A stretch of DNA of 64,000 nucleotides, taken from positions 32,001-96,000 of IMG/VR virus record IMGVR_UViG_3300042566_002057, one strand, 5' to 3'. The position numbers and the translations under genes were made by a program. Each line of letters begins with the position of its first letter. The stretch's first letter is position 1. The notes under the pieces were generated by a model. The model ran no database searches, was not told where the DNA came from, and saw nothing but the letters and a program-made list of their open reading frames with translations. Shown here piece by piece: positions 8,730 through 18,623 of this stretch. This DNA comes from a virus.

Positions 8730-9206
8730 ATGAATTTACCAGAACCATTTGTTATACTACTTATAGGTCCCCCACTTTCAGGTAAGACTACCTGGATACG
8801 TGAAAATTTTCCAACAACTGATGTTATTTCGCGTGACGAAATTGTAATGGAAGTTTATGGGTCTAAAAACTACACCGAAGCATTTGGTAGTGTTGATCAA
8901 AAAGAAGTCGATAGAATTCTTAATCAAAGATTTTTAGATTTTTCAACTGAAAAAAGAAATGTGATAGTTGATATGACTAACATGACTATTAAAAGAAGAA
9001 GAGCCACTCTTAATTACTTCTCAAATGATTACTATAAAATGGCTGTAATCTTTCCTATACTTTCAGATGATGAGTATGGAAGAAGAAATCTTAAAAGAAT
9101 TAAAGAAGAAAATAAAGATTTACCAATGCATGTTATAAAAAATATGATATCTTCTTACAATCCTATCTCACCAGACGAAGGATTTGATAAAGTAATTTCT
9201 TTATAA
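8730..9206 (+). CDS. polynucleotide kinase-like P-loop protein (AAA_33)
   Basis: GPPLSGKTTW, ISRDEI and VDMTN motifs; TATATTTG at 8718-8725. Confidence 0.8.
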   Translation: MNLPEPFVILLIGPPLSGKTTWIRENFPTTDVISRDEIVMEVYGSKNYTEAFGSVDQKEVDRILNQRFLDFSTEKRNVIVDMTNMTIKRRRATLNYFSNDYYKMAVIFPILSDDEYGRRNLKRIKEENKDLPMHVIKNMISSYNPISPDEGFDKVISL

Positions 9207-9279
9207 ATTTTAATAGAACCTTTGTAAAATTTGGTTTTTAGAGGTTTTGTGCTTATATTTGTTATAAATCAAAATATAT

Positions 9280-9636
9280 ATGACTTCATCTAATTCTAAA
9301 TACGTCTTAAATCTTAATGATTTAGTTATCAAAGAAAAAGAAGTAGTATCAGATTGGGAAGAACTGATTTGTGAGGATGAAGATGAGTATTTTACTCGAG
9401 ACGACCAATATATTCTATTTGATATGAATGGAATAGAAGTCTCTGTGAATTTTGAGTTGACTGTTCGTGGAAGAGTTTACTCAGATCCAGGTGACTATTG
9501 GACACCACCGAGTTGTGATGTTGATATTGTGAGTGTTGAAGTTGATGTGACTGATTTGTTTATTGACGACTATGATGTTTTATTAGATAGAGAGTTAACA
9601 AAAACAATGGAGTCATTAGTTAAAAAATATTTATAA
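9280..9636 (+). CDS. hypothetical phage protein (PGDYWTPP motif)
   Basis: 118-aa ORF after TATATTTG (9254-9261). Confidence 0.65.
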   Translation: MTSSNSKYVLNLNDLVIKEKEVVSDWEELICEDEDEYFTRDDQYILFDMNGIEVSVNFELTVRGRVYSDPGDYWTPPSCDVDIVSVEVDVTDLFIDDYDVLLDRELTKTMESLVKKYL

Positions 9637-9639
9637 ACT

Positions 9640-9960
9640 ATGGACAAAGTTTATTTTAATAAAGACTACTACGGTAGTTGGTGGTTAAAATCACTTGAAG
9701 ATTTTTATTCATTTGACTGTGTTAATATAACTACAAATGAAATATCAAATCATATACTTTCTTGGACTCGTAATATCGACGTTTCTATTTATGATGAAGA
9801 AGTAATTAGAGTCTATGATATTGAAGTAGATAAAGAGAAATATTACTTTTTAGTAATTCCTAAAAATAATGCTTTTATTCTTAAAGCTAAAAATCCACTT
9901 GAATTAGAAAGATTAGTAAATAACAATAATCTAATATTAGTAGGTACTACTTTAGATTAA
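9640..9960 (+). CDS. hypothetical protein
   Basis: 106-aa ORF. Confidence 0.55.
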   Translation: MDKVYFNKDYYGSWWLKSLEDFYSFDCVNITTNEISNHILSWTRNIDVSIYDEEVIRVYDIEVDKEKYYFLVIPKNNAFILKAKNPLELERLVNNNNLILVGTTLD

Positions 9961-9981
9961 TCTAATTTTATATATAGTCAT

Positions 9982-10842
9982 ATGAGAGTAAGAAAACTCG
10001 GAGACTATAAACCGAAAGTGCTAATATTTCAAGGTTCACCAAGAGACGAAGATACTTGTTCAGATATGGATTCTAAAACCCATAAAGTAGTAAAGTATAT
10101 AAAGTCAAAATGGTCACCTTTCGTTAGTTTTCATGAAATAGACTTAGCTGTCAATCAAAGTAAAAGACCAATAATTCAACCATGTAAGGGTTGTATATCT
10201 ACATCTGGTGGATTTCATTGTCACTTTGCTTGTTCTTGTTATTCTAAAGGTGATAAACAAAAGAAAGATTTATTAGCAGAAGCTGATGTTTATCAATTAT
10301 TACAGGATTGTGATGCATTTATAATTGTTTCACCAATACACTGGCATTCTCTTACATCACAAGTAAAATTACTTTTTGATAGACTGGTGTGTATAAATCA
10401 AACTTTAACTGTTGATGATGCAAAGAAATTAATGGGTGATGGAAATATCAAAAACTCAGAAATTACTGGTAAGTTTTCTAAGTCTGGTAAATATGATCAT
10501 ATGTTGAGAAATCACTTAGAAGGAAAAGTTGCTGCTTTTTACGTACACGGTGATGATGGTGCTGATGATTATGAGGGTAAAGAACTTCCAGAATCATATC
10601 AAGATGTTTTTGATGATGGATTTGGTAAAAATCCTAAAAATGTTGTAATGCCATTTGTAATGCAACTTAAATACTCTGGTGTATTTGTACCTGATGAATT
10701 AATTGAAGCTTTTTATATAAATAAAGGTGTCAATTATTATGTGGCTAATCAAAAATTTAATAAAGAAAAAGAATTTTTTGATAAAGCTGATACACTTATA
10801 GATAATCTATTGAACTATTTAGACGAAAAATCTAATATATAA
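9982..10842 (+). CDS. flavodoxin-fold NAD(P)H-dependent FMN reductase / iron-sulfur flavoprotein
   Basis: FQGSPR, PCKGC...HCHFACSC and DAFIIVSPIHW...KLLFDRL. Confidence 0.8.
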   Translation: MRVRKLGDYKPKVLIFQGSPRDEDTCSDMDSKTHKVVKYIKSKWSPFVSFHEIDLAVNQSKRPIIQPCKGCISTSGGFHCHFACSCYSKGDKQKKDLLAEADVYQLLQDCDAFIIVSPIHWHSLTSQVKLLFDRLVCINQTLTVDDAKKLMGDGNIKNSEITGKFSKSGKYDHMLRNHLEGKVAAFYVHGDDGADDYEGKELPESYQDVFDDGFGKNPKNVVMPFVMQLKYSGVFVPDELIEAFYINKGVNYYVANQKFNKEKEFFDKADTLIDNLLNYLDEKSNI

Positions 10843-10845
10843 GAT

Positions 10846-11352
10846 ATGTATATTAAAAGATTCAATGAAATGGTCGGTTTTGATGATGAAGAAACCAGAG
10901 ATAGATTAGAGATACCTAATCTCAGAGGTGAACTTGAGCCATCAAGTGTTTCCATGAAACCTTACTCTAAACCTTTTGAGTCAGAAACAACAGAGACTTT
11001 TGTTAAAAAACTATTATATAGATACCCTGTTTTAGACAGATTTCATGGAAATATTCAGAAAATTGATTCAACCGAAGTTTATAATTTTTACGCAACGAGC
11101 TTAGAACCCAAAGACGGAATGGAATTTTATACTCAATTATCATTAGCCTTTAATAAAGGTGACTACTATTGCTTAGCGGTATTAAGAGGACTAGAAGATT
11201 TTGATGATGAAGATAAATGGTATAAAAAAGACATTACTGTAGAAAATGTCGATGATACATTTGAGTTTGTAGATGCTTTTCTAAAAGCTTGTAAAGGTCT
11301 ACATATAGTTGCTAAATCTCATTTAGAGGAAGATAGATTTAGAAATAACTAA
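10846..11352 (+). CDS. hypothetical protein with N-terminal MYIKRFNE motif
   Basis: 168-aa ORF; AATATATA upstream. Confidence 0.65.
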   Translation: MYIKRFNEMVGFDDEETRDRLEIPNLRGELEPSSVSMKPYSKPFESETTETFVKKLLYRYPVLDRFHGNIQKIDSTEVYNFYATSLEPKDGMEFYTQLSLAFNKGDYYCLAVLRGLEDFDDEDKWYKKDITVENVDDTFEFVDAFLKACKGLHIVAKSHLEEDRFRNN

Positions 11353-11379
11353 TCTTTTTTAATTTTTTTTTATTATTTT

Positions 11380-11693
11380 TTTGGTCAATTAAAACTTTCG
11401 CTTTATATTTGTATAAATAAAGTCGGTAACGATTTTACGTTCATTGAAATATTAAGGGGAAGTTCCAGAGAGGCAAATGGGGTTTCAGTTGGTGCTGAAA
11501 TTGGTCTTAAGATCTTCGTAGGTTCGAGTCCTATCCTTCCCCACAAAAAGTAAATTTTTTTACAAAAGATTTGGTAGATTAAAAAAAAGTCATTATCTTT
11601 GTAAAACGAAATTGAGATAGGCAACGATTCAGATACAAGTCTCAATTTTTTTTACAAAAGATTTGGTAGAATAAAATAAAATATCTATCTTTG
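11380..11693 (+). promoter_or_regulatory. three tandem Bacteroidota-type promoters
   Basis: TTTG-N20-TAnnTTTG at 11380-11411, 11570-11601 and 11662-11693. Confidence 0.8.
11456..11543 (+). tRNA. Tyr-like tRNA body with aberrant 6-nt anticodon loop; identity undetermined
   Basis: GGGGAAG/CTTCCCC; D arm CCAGAGAGGCAAATGG; GTTTCAG-TTGGTG-CTGAAAT; long variable arm; GTAGG-TTCGAGT-CCTAT. Confidence 0.65.
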
Positions 11694-11706
11694 TAAAACA
11701 AAATTG
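11553..11706 (+). repeat. imperfect ~62-bp direct repeat (duplicated promoter unit)
   Basis: TTTTTACAAAAGATTTGGTAGA...TATCTTTGTAAAAC.AAATTGA at about 11553-11614 and 11644-11706. Confidence 0.85.
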
Positions 11707-11731
11707 AAAAAAGAAATATAAAAATACACAT

Positions 11732-11804
<73 letters not shown>

Positions 11805-11809
11805 CTAAA

Positions 11810-12706
11810 GAAAAACGTTCTTTGATTTATTGATTTTACAGATTCTTTGACTTCGGTCATTGATGAATGTAACGGCCGCTTATGGTCGATAAATAAACCT
11901 CGAAAGGGGGATAAAGTGGATACAAAAGCTAATTGTATCTGCGTCTTGAGAGTTCTTCGGAACAATTGAGGTCGAGTAAGCAAGTGGGGCACCACAAGTT
12001 CTGAGTAGTCGAGGGTAACACTGTAGACCAAATGAGTTTGTGACTGGGCAATTGTAGATTGTTCAGTTGACTTCGGAAGAGGAATAGGAATAACCCATAG
12101 GAATTTTGTAAGAAATAAAGACTCACCGGTTTTTACTATTGCGAGTTCCAACTCAAAAGGTGTCTTAAAGTTGAAAGACAATCAGTCGTACAGGTGGTGC
12201 TGTTGACTGACACTAATCTCTCTACCAAGAGAGTAGATAAACCGAAAGGTAAGTCGTGGTGAAGATATCTTGAAGAGTTGTGATGGAGGCATCACACGGA
12301 GTAGTCCAGTATTCTTGAGACCAAAAGTTTTGAGAGCTGAGAGGTGACCACTACTTCGACATATCTACTAGCACTAAATTTCTAACTGTTAATTGGAAAC
12401 ATTTAAAAAATAAGAAATCGAAAGTGTTACCTAGTTACTGATGAAAGGTACCTACTTAGTCGTGAGTGTTCACGGCCACTGAAGCTCGAAAGGCTGACGT
12501 GATTTCATCGAAAAACTTATAGAGGGTCGAACCTCGAATCAGCTCGCAAGGTTGAATAAGCGGATTAAATGGAGAGTAAACAGTAACTCAAGAAGTGGTT
12601 AGTCTAACTAACCGGTACTGACAGAATACTACTCAAAAGGTAGTGGATAAGAAGGGAAACAATAATCCAACTAAAGTTCTGTCGCCATAGGATGTAATCT
12701 CAGTCC
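11810..12706 (+). ncRNA. large structured RNA, GOLLD-like
   Basis: About 900 nt, GC-richer than flanks, no credible ORF, many UUCG/GNRA-capped hairpins, lies between tRNAs, ends in GGAT-GTAATCTCA-GTCC plus U tract; family assignment from size and context only. Confidence 0.7.
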
Positions 12707-12719
12707 TTTTTTTTTATAT

Positions 12720-12793
12720 GGTCGGTTCGTCTAGCGGTTTAGGACGATAATCTTTTCAGATTAGAAACAGAGGTTCGAATCCTCTACCGACTA
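12720..12793 (+). tRNA. tRNA-Glu-like with 18-nt anticodon arm
   Basis: GGTCGGT/ACCGACT; Glu-type D arm GTCTAGCGGTTTAGGAC; arm ATAATCTTTTCAGATTAG. Confidence 0.75.
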
Positions 12794-12877
12794 CGAGTTT
12801 TCGTAGTGGTTAACTTATCCTCTAAACAGAGGGGTCTGTCTCAGAGACAGGGTGGATACCCAACTCCACACTAATAT

Positions 12878-12984
12878 GGCCCGTTCGTCTACTGGACCCG
12901 TAAGGGAAACTGAAACTAAGGTGGAAGTTTAGGATGTCCAATTTTTCGATTGGAAGACAGAGTGTTCGAATCCTCTACGGGCTA
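12878..12984 (+). tRNA. tRNA-Glu-like with ~30-nt D-loop insertion and 18-nt anticodon arm
   Basis: GGCCCGT/ACGGGCT; GTCT...GGAT D stem enclosing the insert; TCCAAT-TTTTCG-ATTGGA; bulged T stem. Confidence 0.65.
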
Positions 12985-13008
12985 CAAATAAAAACCCAGA
13001 CGTGTACT

Positions 13009-13030
13009 CCCATCTTCGGATGGGTTTTTT
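13009..13030 (+). terminator. intrinsic terminator closing the RNA operon
   Basis: CCCATC-TTCG-GATGGG-TTTTTT. Confidence 0.85.
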
Positions 13031-13063
13031 ATGCTTTTTTTGATAATTGTGTAATATTATAAC

Positions 13064-13549
13064 TTGATGAATATAGAAATCGAAAGAAAATTTTTACTTA
13101 AATCAATGCCAGATGTTAAACCAACTGAAGTAATTAAAATTGAACAATGGTATTTTAAAAATAACGAAGGCATCTGGGAAAGAGCTCGATACTGCAACTC
13201 GAATATTAAAGGCAAGTATTATATACACACCATCAAAACAACAATCTCAAAAGGCGTAAATATGGAAGATGAACATCCTCTAACAAAAGAGGAGTTTAAC
13301 CTATTTGTTGAGAATTGTAAAAAAGATGGAGTAGAATCTAGAAGTATATCTAAAAAAAGATGTATCTATCCACAAGGTAAATTAAAATGGGAAGTTGATA
13401 AATTTGAAGGTCACCTAATTATTGCTGAAATTGAAATTCCGGAACAAGACTATGAAGTTGTAATTCCTGAACATATCAAAAAAAGAGTCATAATTGAAGT
13501 GACTGGAATAAAACAATTTAGTAACAAAAACCTTTCTAACAAAATCTAA
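13064..13549 (+). CDS. CYTH-domain (triphosphate tunnel) protein
   Basis: EIERKFL, WEVD and IAEIE motifs. Confidence 0.85.
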   Translation: MMNIEIERKFLLKSMPDVKPTEVIKIEQWYFKNNEGIWERARYCNSNIKGKYYIHTIKTTISKGVNMEDEHPLTKEEFNLFVENCKKDGVESRSISKKRCIYPQGKLKWEVDKFEGHLIIAEIEIPEQDYEVVIPEHIKKRVIIEVTGIKQFSNKNLSNKI

Positions 13550-13559
13550 TATAAATTCT

Positions 13560-14135
13560 ATGAAAAATTTAGAACTTAGAATGTATGGTTTAGTGCCATA
13601 TAATATCTCACCGATTCAACAAGCTATACAATTTGGACACGCAGTTGTTGAATATGGTCAAAAAGTAAAAGGACATGGATTTGAATTGGCTTCGGTTACA
13701 TACAATGATTGGGCTGATAACTGGAAAACATTTATCATCTTAAATGGTGGAACTACAAATCACAAAACTTCTTTGGAAGATGGATTACCGTTTGGTACTC
13801 TAAATAATCACTTACTTACTTTAATGGATAATGGTATTGACTTTGCTCAATTTAATGAACCAGACTTAGGTGATCAATTAACAGCAGTTGTATTTATTGT
13901 TGATGAAAGAGTTTTCAATCGTAAAAAGTATCCGGACTTTGAGGATTGGGTAATTGAAAACTATGGTGAATTAATAAGATCTGACTATTATACAACATCT
14001 TATATGTTAGCTCAAAGAATTAAAAACTCTGAAAGTAAAAGTGACCAAAAAGTTTATCAATCCTGGATTAAATTTATTGGTGGTGAAAAGAATGTTTTCT
14101 TGAGAGACTTTCTAAAAAACTTTAAACTAGCATGA
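13560..14135 (+). CDS. peptidyl-tRNA hydrolase 2-like protein
   Basis: AIQFGHA...FNEPDLGDQLTAV pattern. Confidence 0.65.
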   Translation: MKNLELRMYGLVPYNISPIQQAIQFGHAVVEYGQKVKGHGFELASVTYNDWADNWKTFIILNGGTTNHKTSLEDGLPFGTLNNHLLTLMDNGIDFAQFNEPDLGDQLTAVVFIVDERVFNRKKYPDFEDWVIENYGELIRSDYYTTSYMLAQRIKNSESKSDQKVYQSWIKFIGGEKNVFLRDFLKNFKLA

Positions 14136-14512
14136 TAGATAGTTGGATGAAAATAGACGATTCTTACTTTGATGTGAATATCATTAGTACTCAGTTAAGT
14201 ATTGGATCACATGCTAATCTAAATATAAGTCTAAACACTATAAAAAATCCAGACTGTTATGGTTTTTTTACCAACTGGTTTGATAGTTCTTCTATAAGAA
14301 CTGGATATGCTAGTCAATATAAAAAAGATATATCATGTAAAAACTTTGACTCAAAAGGTTGTTTTATTAAAGCAATTGATTTTGATCCAAACACAAACAC
14401 TTTGAGTGTTGATGTTTCTTGTGATTATTTACAAACAGCAAATGTATCTGAAAGAAGAGATTCTAAAATCGATGAACTGTTAAACGAAACTTATAACAAA
14501 AAAACAATATAA
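14132..14512 (+). CDS. hypothetical protein with C-terminal RDSKIDELL motif
   Basis: 126-aa ORF. Confidence 0.65.
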   Translation: MIDSWMKIDDSYFDVNIISTQLSIGSHANLNISLNTIKNPDCYGFFTNWFDSSSIRTGYASQYKKDISCKNFDSKGCFIKAIDFDPNTNTLSVDVSCDYLQTANVSERRDSKIDELLNETYNKKTI

Positions 14513-14535
14513 ATTAAAATCTAAAATAAAGTTCT

Positions 14536-16644
14536 ATGGAAGAAAACAAACAATACTTAGAGACTGTACCTGATGTAAGAGCAGCTCTTGAAGACGATGA
14601 TGATGATAGAGGATATGGTTCCTCAAAAAAATCAGAGTCTAAATCTAAGACTCCGGTCTTAGATACTTACAGCCGAGACCTTACTAAAATGGCCGAAGAT
14701 GGTAGACTTGATCCTATCGTAGGTAGAGAAAAAGAAATTGAAAGAGTTTCACAAATTTTATCTCGTAGAAAAAAGAACAATCCAATTTTAATTGGTGAAC
14801 CAGGTGTTGGTAAATCTTCTATTGCGGAAGGTTTAGCTTTAAGAATCGTTCAGAGAAAAGTTTCAAGATTACTTTTCAATAAAAGAATCGTTATGCTTGA
14901 CTTAGCTTCTATGGTTGCTGGTACTAAATATCGTGGTCAGTTTGAGGAAAGAATTAAAGCTCTTATGGCTGAAATGGAAAAAGAACCAGATGTAATTCTT
15001 TTCATTGATGAAATTCACACAATGATTGGGGCTGGTGGTGCTTCTGGATCATTAGATGCTTCTAATATGTTCAAACCGGCACTTGCACGTGGTGAAATCC
15101 AAATCATCGGAGCTACTACTTTGGATGAATATAGAAAACACATTGAGAAAGACGGAGCTCTTGAAAGAAGATTCCAAAAAGTAACTGTTGAACCTGCTAC
15201 TTCTGATGAGTCAATTCAGATTCTTAATAACATTAAAGACAAGTATGAATACCATCATAATGTTACTTACACTGAAGGTGCTATCAAAGCTTGTGTTGAA
15301 TTAACAAATCGTTATCTTACTGATAGACATTTACCAGATAAAGCAATTGATGCTTTAGATGAAGTAGGTGCTCGTGTTCATATTTCTAACATCAACGTTC
15401 CTAAAGAAATTACAGACATTGAGAAGAAGATTGTTGAAATTAAAGAAAAGAAAAACGATGTAATTCGTTCTCAAAAATATGAAGAGGCGGCTCGTCTTCG
15501 TGATGTTGAACGTCAACTTAATACCGAACTTGAAGAAGCAAGAAAAGCTTGGGAAGAAGAACAAAAAAATCATCGTCAAATTGTAAATGAAGAAGCTGTT
15601 GCTGAAGTTGTTTCAATGATGTGTGGTATTCCTTTACAAAAGATTTCACAAAACGAGAATGACAAACTTGCTAAGATGCCAGAGAGTATTCAAGGTAAAG
15701 TAATTGGTCAAGATGAAGCTGTTGGAAAGATTGTAAAAGCGATTCAACGTGGTCGAGTTGGTCTTAAAGATCCTAATAAACCAATTGGTTCATTTATGTT
15801 CTTAGGACCTACGGGTGTTGGTAAAACACAATTGGCTAAAGTTTTGGCGAAGTATCTATTTGACTCAGAAGATTCTTTAATTAGAATTGATATGTCTGAG
15901 TATATGGAAAAATTCGCAGTATCTCGTTTGATTGGAGCGCCCCCGGGATATGTTGGTCACGATGAAGGTGGTCAGTTAACTGAAAAAGTTAGACGTAAAC
16001 CTTATTCGGTAGTTCTTTTAGATGAGATTGAAAAAGCTCACCCTGAAGTATTTAACTTACTTCTACAAGTTCTTGATGATGGTCAATTGACTGACTCACT
16101 TGGTAGAAAAGTAAACTTTAAGAACACCATTATCATTATGACTTCTAATACTGGTTCTCGTCAGTTGAAGGACTTTGGAACTGGTGTAGGATTTGCTACT
16201 AAACACAAAGAAGATAAAAAAGATGAAGAAGCAAATGCTGTGATTGAAAAAGAACTTAAAAAGAAATTTGCTCCAGAATTCTTAAACCGTGTTGATGATG
16301 TTGTGATGTTTAACTCTCTTGAAAAAGAAGACATCAATAAAATTATCAAAATTGAGTTAGAAAGACTTGTTGATAGAGTGAAACAAATGGAATACAATCT
16401 TGAAATTACAGATAATGCCGTTGAATACATTGCTTCACAAGGATTTGATCCTCAATACGGAGCTCGTCCTCTAAAAAGAGCGATTCAGAAAAATGTAGAA
16501 GATGTTCTTACTGAAGAAATTATTACATCAAATCCAGAAAAGAATTCACTTATGATATTGGATTACAATTCTGAGGATGATAAAATGGTCGTCATTTTAG
16601 AAAAGAAGAAAAAAACTACTCGTAAGAAGAAAACTGAAGAGTAA
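14536..16644 (+). CDS. clpC: ClpC-type AAA+ ATPase lacking the N-terminal Clp repeat domain
   Basis: Two Walker A motifs ([16 protein letters not shown]); UVR coiled coil; [11 protein letters not shown]; VGF loop. Confidence 0.9.
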   Translation: MEENKQYLETVPDVRAALEDDDDDRGYGSSKKSESKSKTPVLDTYSRDLTKMAEDGRLDPIVGREKEIERVSQILSRRKKNNPILIGEPGVGKSSIAEGLALRIVQRKVSRLLFNKRIVMLDLASMVAGTKYRGQFEERIKALMAEMEKEPDVILFIDEIHTMIGAGGASGSLDASNMFKPALARGEIQIIGATTLDEYRKHIEKDGALERRFQKVTVEPATSDESIQILNNIKDKYEYHHNVTYTEGAIKACVELTNRYLTDRHLPDKAIDALDEVGARVHISNINVPKEITDIEKKIVEIKEKKNDVIRSQKYEEAARLRDVERQLNTELEEARKAWEEEQKNHRQIVNEEAVAEVVSMMCGIPLQKISQNENDKLAKMPESIQGKVIGQDEAVGKIVKAIQRGRVGLKDPNKPIGSFMFLGPTGVGKTQLAKVLAKYLFDSEDSLIRIDMSEYMEKFAVSRLIGAPPGYVGHDEGGQLTEKVRRKPYSVVLLDEIEKAHPEVFNLLLQVLDDGQLTDSLGRKVNFKNTIIIMTSNTGSRQLKDFGTGVGFATKHKEDKKDEEANAVIEKELKKKFAPEFLNRVDDVVMFNSLEKEDINKIIKIELERLVDRVKQMEYNLEITDNAVEYIASQGFDPQYGARPLKRAIQKNVEDVLTEEIITSNPEKNSLMILDYNSEDDKMVVILEKKKKTTRKKKTEE

Positions 16645-16669
16645 AAATTAAAAGAGAGAGTATTATTAA

Positions 16670-17593
16670 ATGAATAAAGATTCTAAAATTTATGTAGCTG
16701 GTCATCGAGGTATGGTTGGATCTGCAATAGTAAGAAGACTAGAAGAGTTAGGTTACACTAACATTGTTACTGCTCCACGAAATAAACTAAACCTATTAGA
16801 CCAGTCGGAGGTTGATAATTTCTTCACAAAACAAAAGCCAGAATATGTTTTTTTAGCAGCAGCTAAGGTTGGTGGTATAAAAGCCAACAGTGAAATGAAA
16901 GGAGATTTCATCTATGATAATCTTATGATACAAACAAATGTCATTAGAGCTTGTAAAGAACAAGGTGTAGAAAAATTACTTTTTTTAGGGAGTTCTTGTA
17001 TTTATCCAAAGTTAGCACCTCAACCTATCAAAGAAGATTACTTACTAAGTGGTAAGTTAGAACCAACTAATGATGCTTATGCTATTTCTAAAATAGCCGG
17101 AATCATGATGTGTCAGTCATTTAATCAACAATATGGAACTAATTTCATCTCAGTAATGCCAACTAATCTTTATGGTAAAAATGATAATTATGATTTAAAT
17201 AATTCTCACGTTTTACCTGCTATGATTCGTAAGTTTCACGAAGCTAAGTTAGAAGGAAAAGATAAAGTTGAAATTTGGGGAACTGGTACTCCAATGCGTG
17301 AGTTTCTTTATGTAGATGACTTAGCAGATGCTTGTGTTTATCTTATGAGCAGTTATGACGAATCTGAAATAGTAAATATTGGAACAGGTGAAGATATAAC
17401 AATTAAAGACTTAGCTTACTTAGTAAAAGATGTTGTTGATTTTCAAGGTGAAATTTATTTTAACACTGACATGCCGGATGGAACACCTAGAAAACTTTTA
17501 GACGTATCAAAACTAAAAGATTTAGGTTGGACCTACAAAACATCTCTTAAAGAGGGAATACAAAAAACTTACTTAGATTATGTCAGTAAATAA
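16670..17593 (+). CDS. fcl: GDP-L-fucose synthase
   Basis: AGHRGMVGSA, LGSSCIYP and YAISK motifs. Confidence 0.95.
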   Translation: MNKDSKIYVAGHRGMVGSAIVRRLEELGYTNIVTAPRNKLNLLDQSEVDNFFTKQKPEYVFLAAAKVGGIKANSEMKGDFIYDNLMIQTNVIRACKEQGVEKLLFLGSSCIYPKLAPQPIKEDYLLSGKLEPTNDAYAISKIAGIMMCQSFNQQYGTNFISVMPTNLYGKNDNYDLNNSHVLPAMIRKFHEAKLEGKDKVEIWGTGTPMREFLYVDDLADACVYLMSSYDESEIVNIGTGEDITIKDLAYLVKDVVDFQGEIYFNTDMPDGTPRKLLDVSKLKDLGWTYKTSLKEGIQKTYLDYVSK

Positions 17594-18620
17594 AAAAGCT
17601 TTAATAACTGGAATTACCGGAATGGATGGTTCACACTTAGCTGAACTACTACTTGAAAAAGGATATGAAGTTCACGGTATTATTAGAAGAACATCAACTT
17701 TTAACACAGTTAGAATTGACCATATCTTCGATAGATTAAAATTACACTATGGTGATGTCACGGATCCATTAGTTATTTCTAGTCTAATCTCAGAAATTCA
17801 ACCTGATGAGGTTTACAATTTAGCAGCTCAATCTCATGTTAAGGTTTCATTTGAAATACCTTATTATACTGCTCAAGTTGATGGACTTGGAACACTTGTT
17901 GTATTGGATGCTGTTAGAAATCACTGTCCAAAAGCTAAAGTTTATCAAGCATCAACTTCAGAACTTTATGGTGGTATGGGTTATAATATGCCAGAAACTG
18001 GATATACTGAAGAATCTAAAATGCATCCAAGAAGTCCTTATGGAGTTGCTAAATTATATGGTCTTTGGATTACTAAAAATTATAGAGAATCATATAATAT
18101 GTTTATCTGTAATGGTATTCTTTTTAACCACGAAGGTGAGCGTAGGGGAGAAACATTTGTTACTCGTAAAATAACTTTAGCACTCGCTAAGATTAAAAAA
18201 TCTATTGAAAATGGTGAAGACTTCCAAACATTAAAATTAGGCAATCTTTATTCCAAAAGAGACTGGGGATATGCCAAAGATTATGTAAGGGGTATGTGGA
18301 TGATGTTACAAAAAGATGAACCAGATGATTATGTATTATCAACAAATGAAACATACTCAATTAAAGAGTTTGTTGAAATGGCTTGTAAAGAGTGTGGTTG
18401 GAACATAAACTGGATCGGTGAAGGTGTAAATGAAAAAGGAATTTTAGATAATGGATTAACTATTATAGAAGTAAGTCCAAAATACTATAGACCAGCTGAA
18501 GTACAAATACTCTTAGGTGATTATACAAAAGCTAAAGAAAAATTAAACTGGATTCCAGAAGTAAAACTTCCAGAGTTAGTTAAAATCATGATGCAACATG
18601 ATATTAAAAATATAAAATAA
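17580..18620 (+). CDS. gmd: GDP-mannose 4,6-dehydratase
   Basis: TGITGMDGSHL, NLAAQSHV, QASTSE and SPYGVAK motifs. Confidence 0.95.
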   Translation: MSVNKKALITGITGMDGSHLAELLLEKGYEVHGIIRRTSTFNTVRIDHIFDRLKLHYGDVTDPLVISSLISEIQPDEVYNLAAQSHVKVSFEIPYYTAQVDGLGTLVVLDAVRNHCPKAKVYQASTSELYGGMGYNMPETGYTEESKMHPRSPYGVAKLYGLWITKNYRESYNMFICNGILFNHEGERRGETFVTRKITLALAKIKKSIENGEDFQTLKLGNLYSKRDWGYAKDYVRGMWMMLQKDEPDDYVLSTNETYSIKEFVEMACKECGWNINWIGEGVNEKGILDNGLTIIEVSPKYYRPAEVQILLGDYTKAKEKLNWIPEVKLPELVKIMMQHDIKNIK

Positions 18621-18623
18621 AAG

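Noticed and set aside
11810-12706. rRNA fragment, group I intron, tmRNA or RNase P as the identity of the long RNA
   Set aside because: I could not recognise universal rRNA, RNase P or tmRNA terminal motifs, and no interrupted host gene flanks it; a covariance search is still needed
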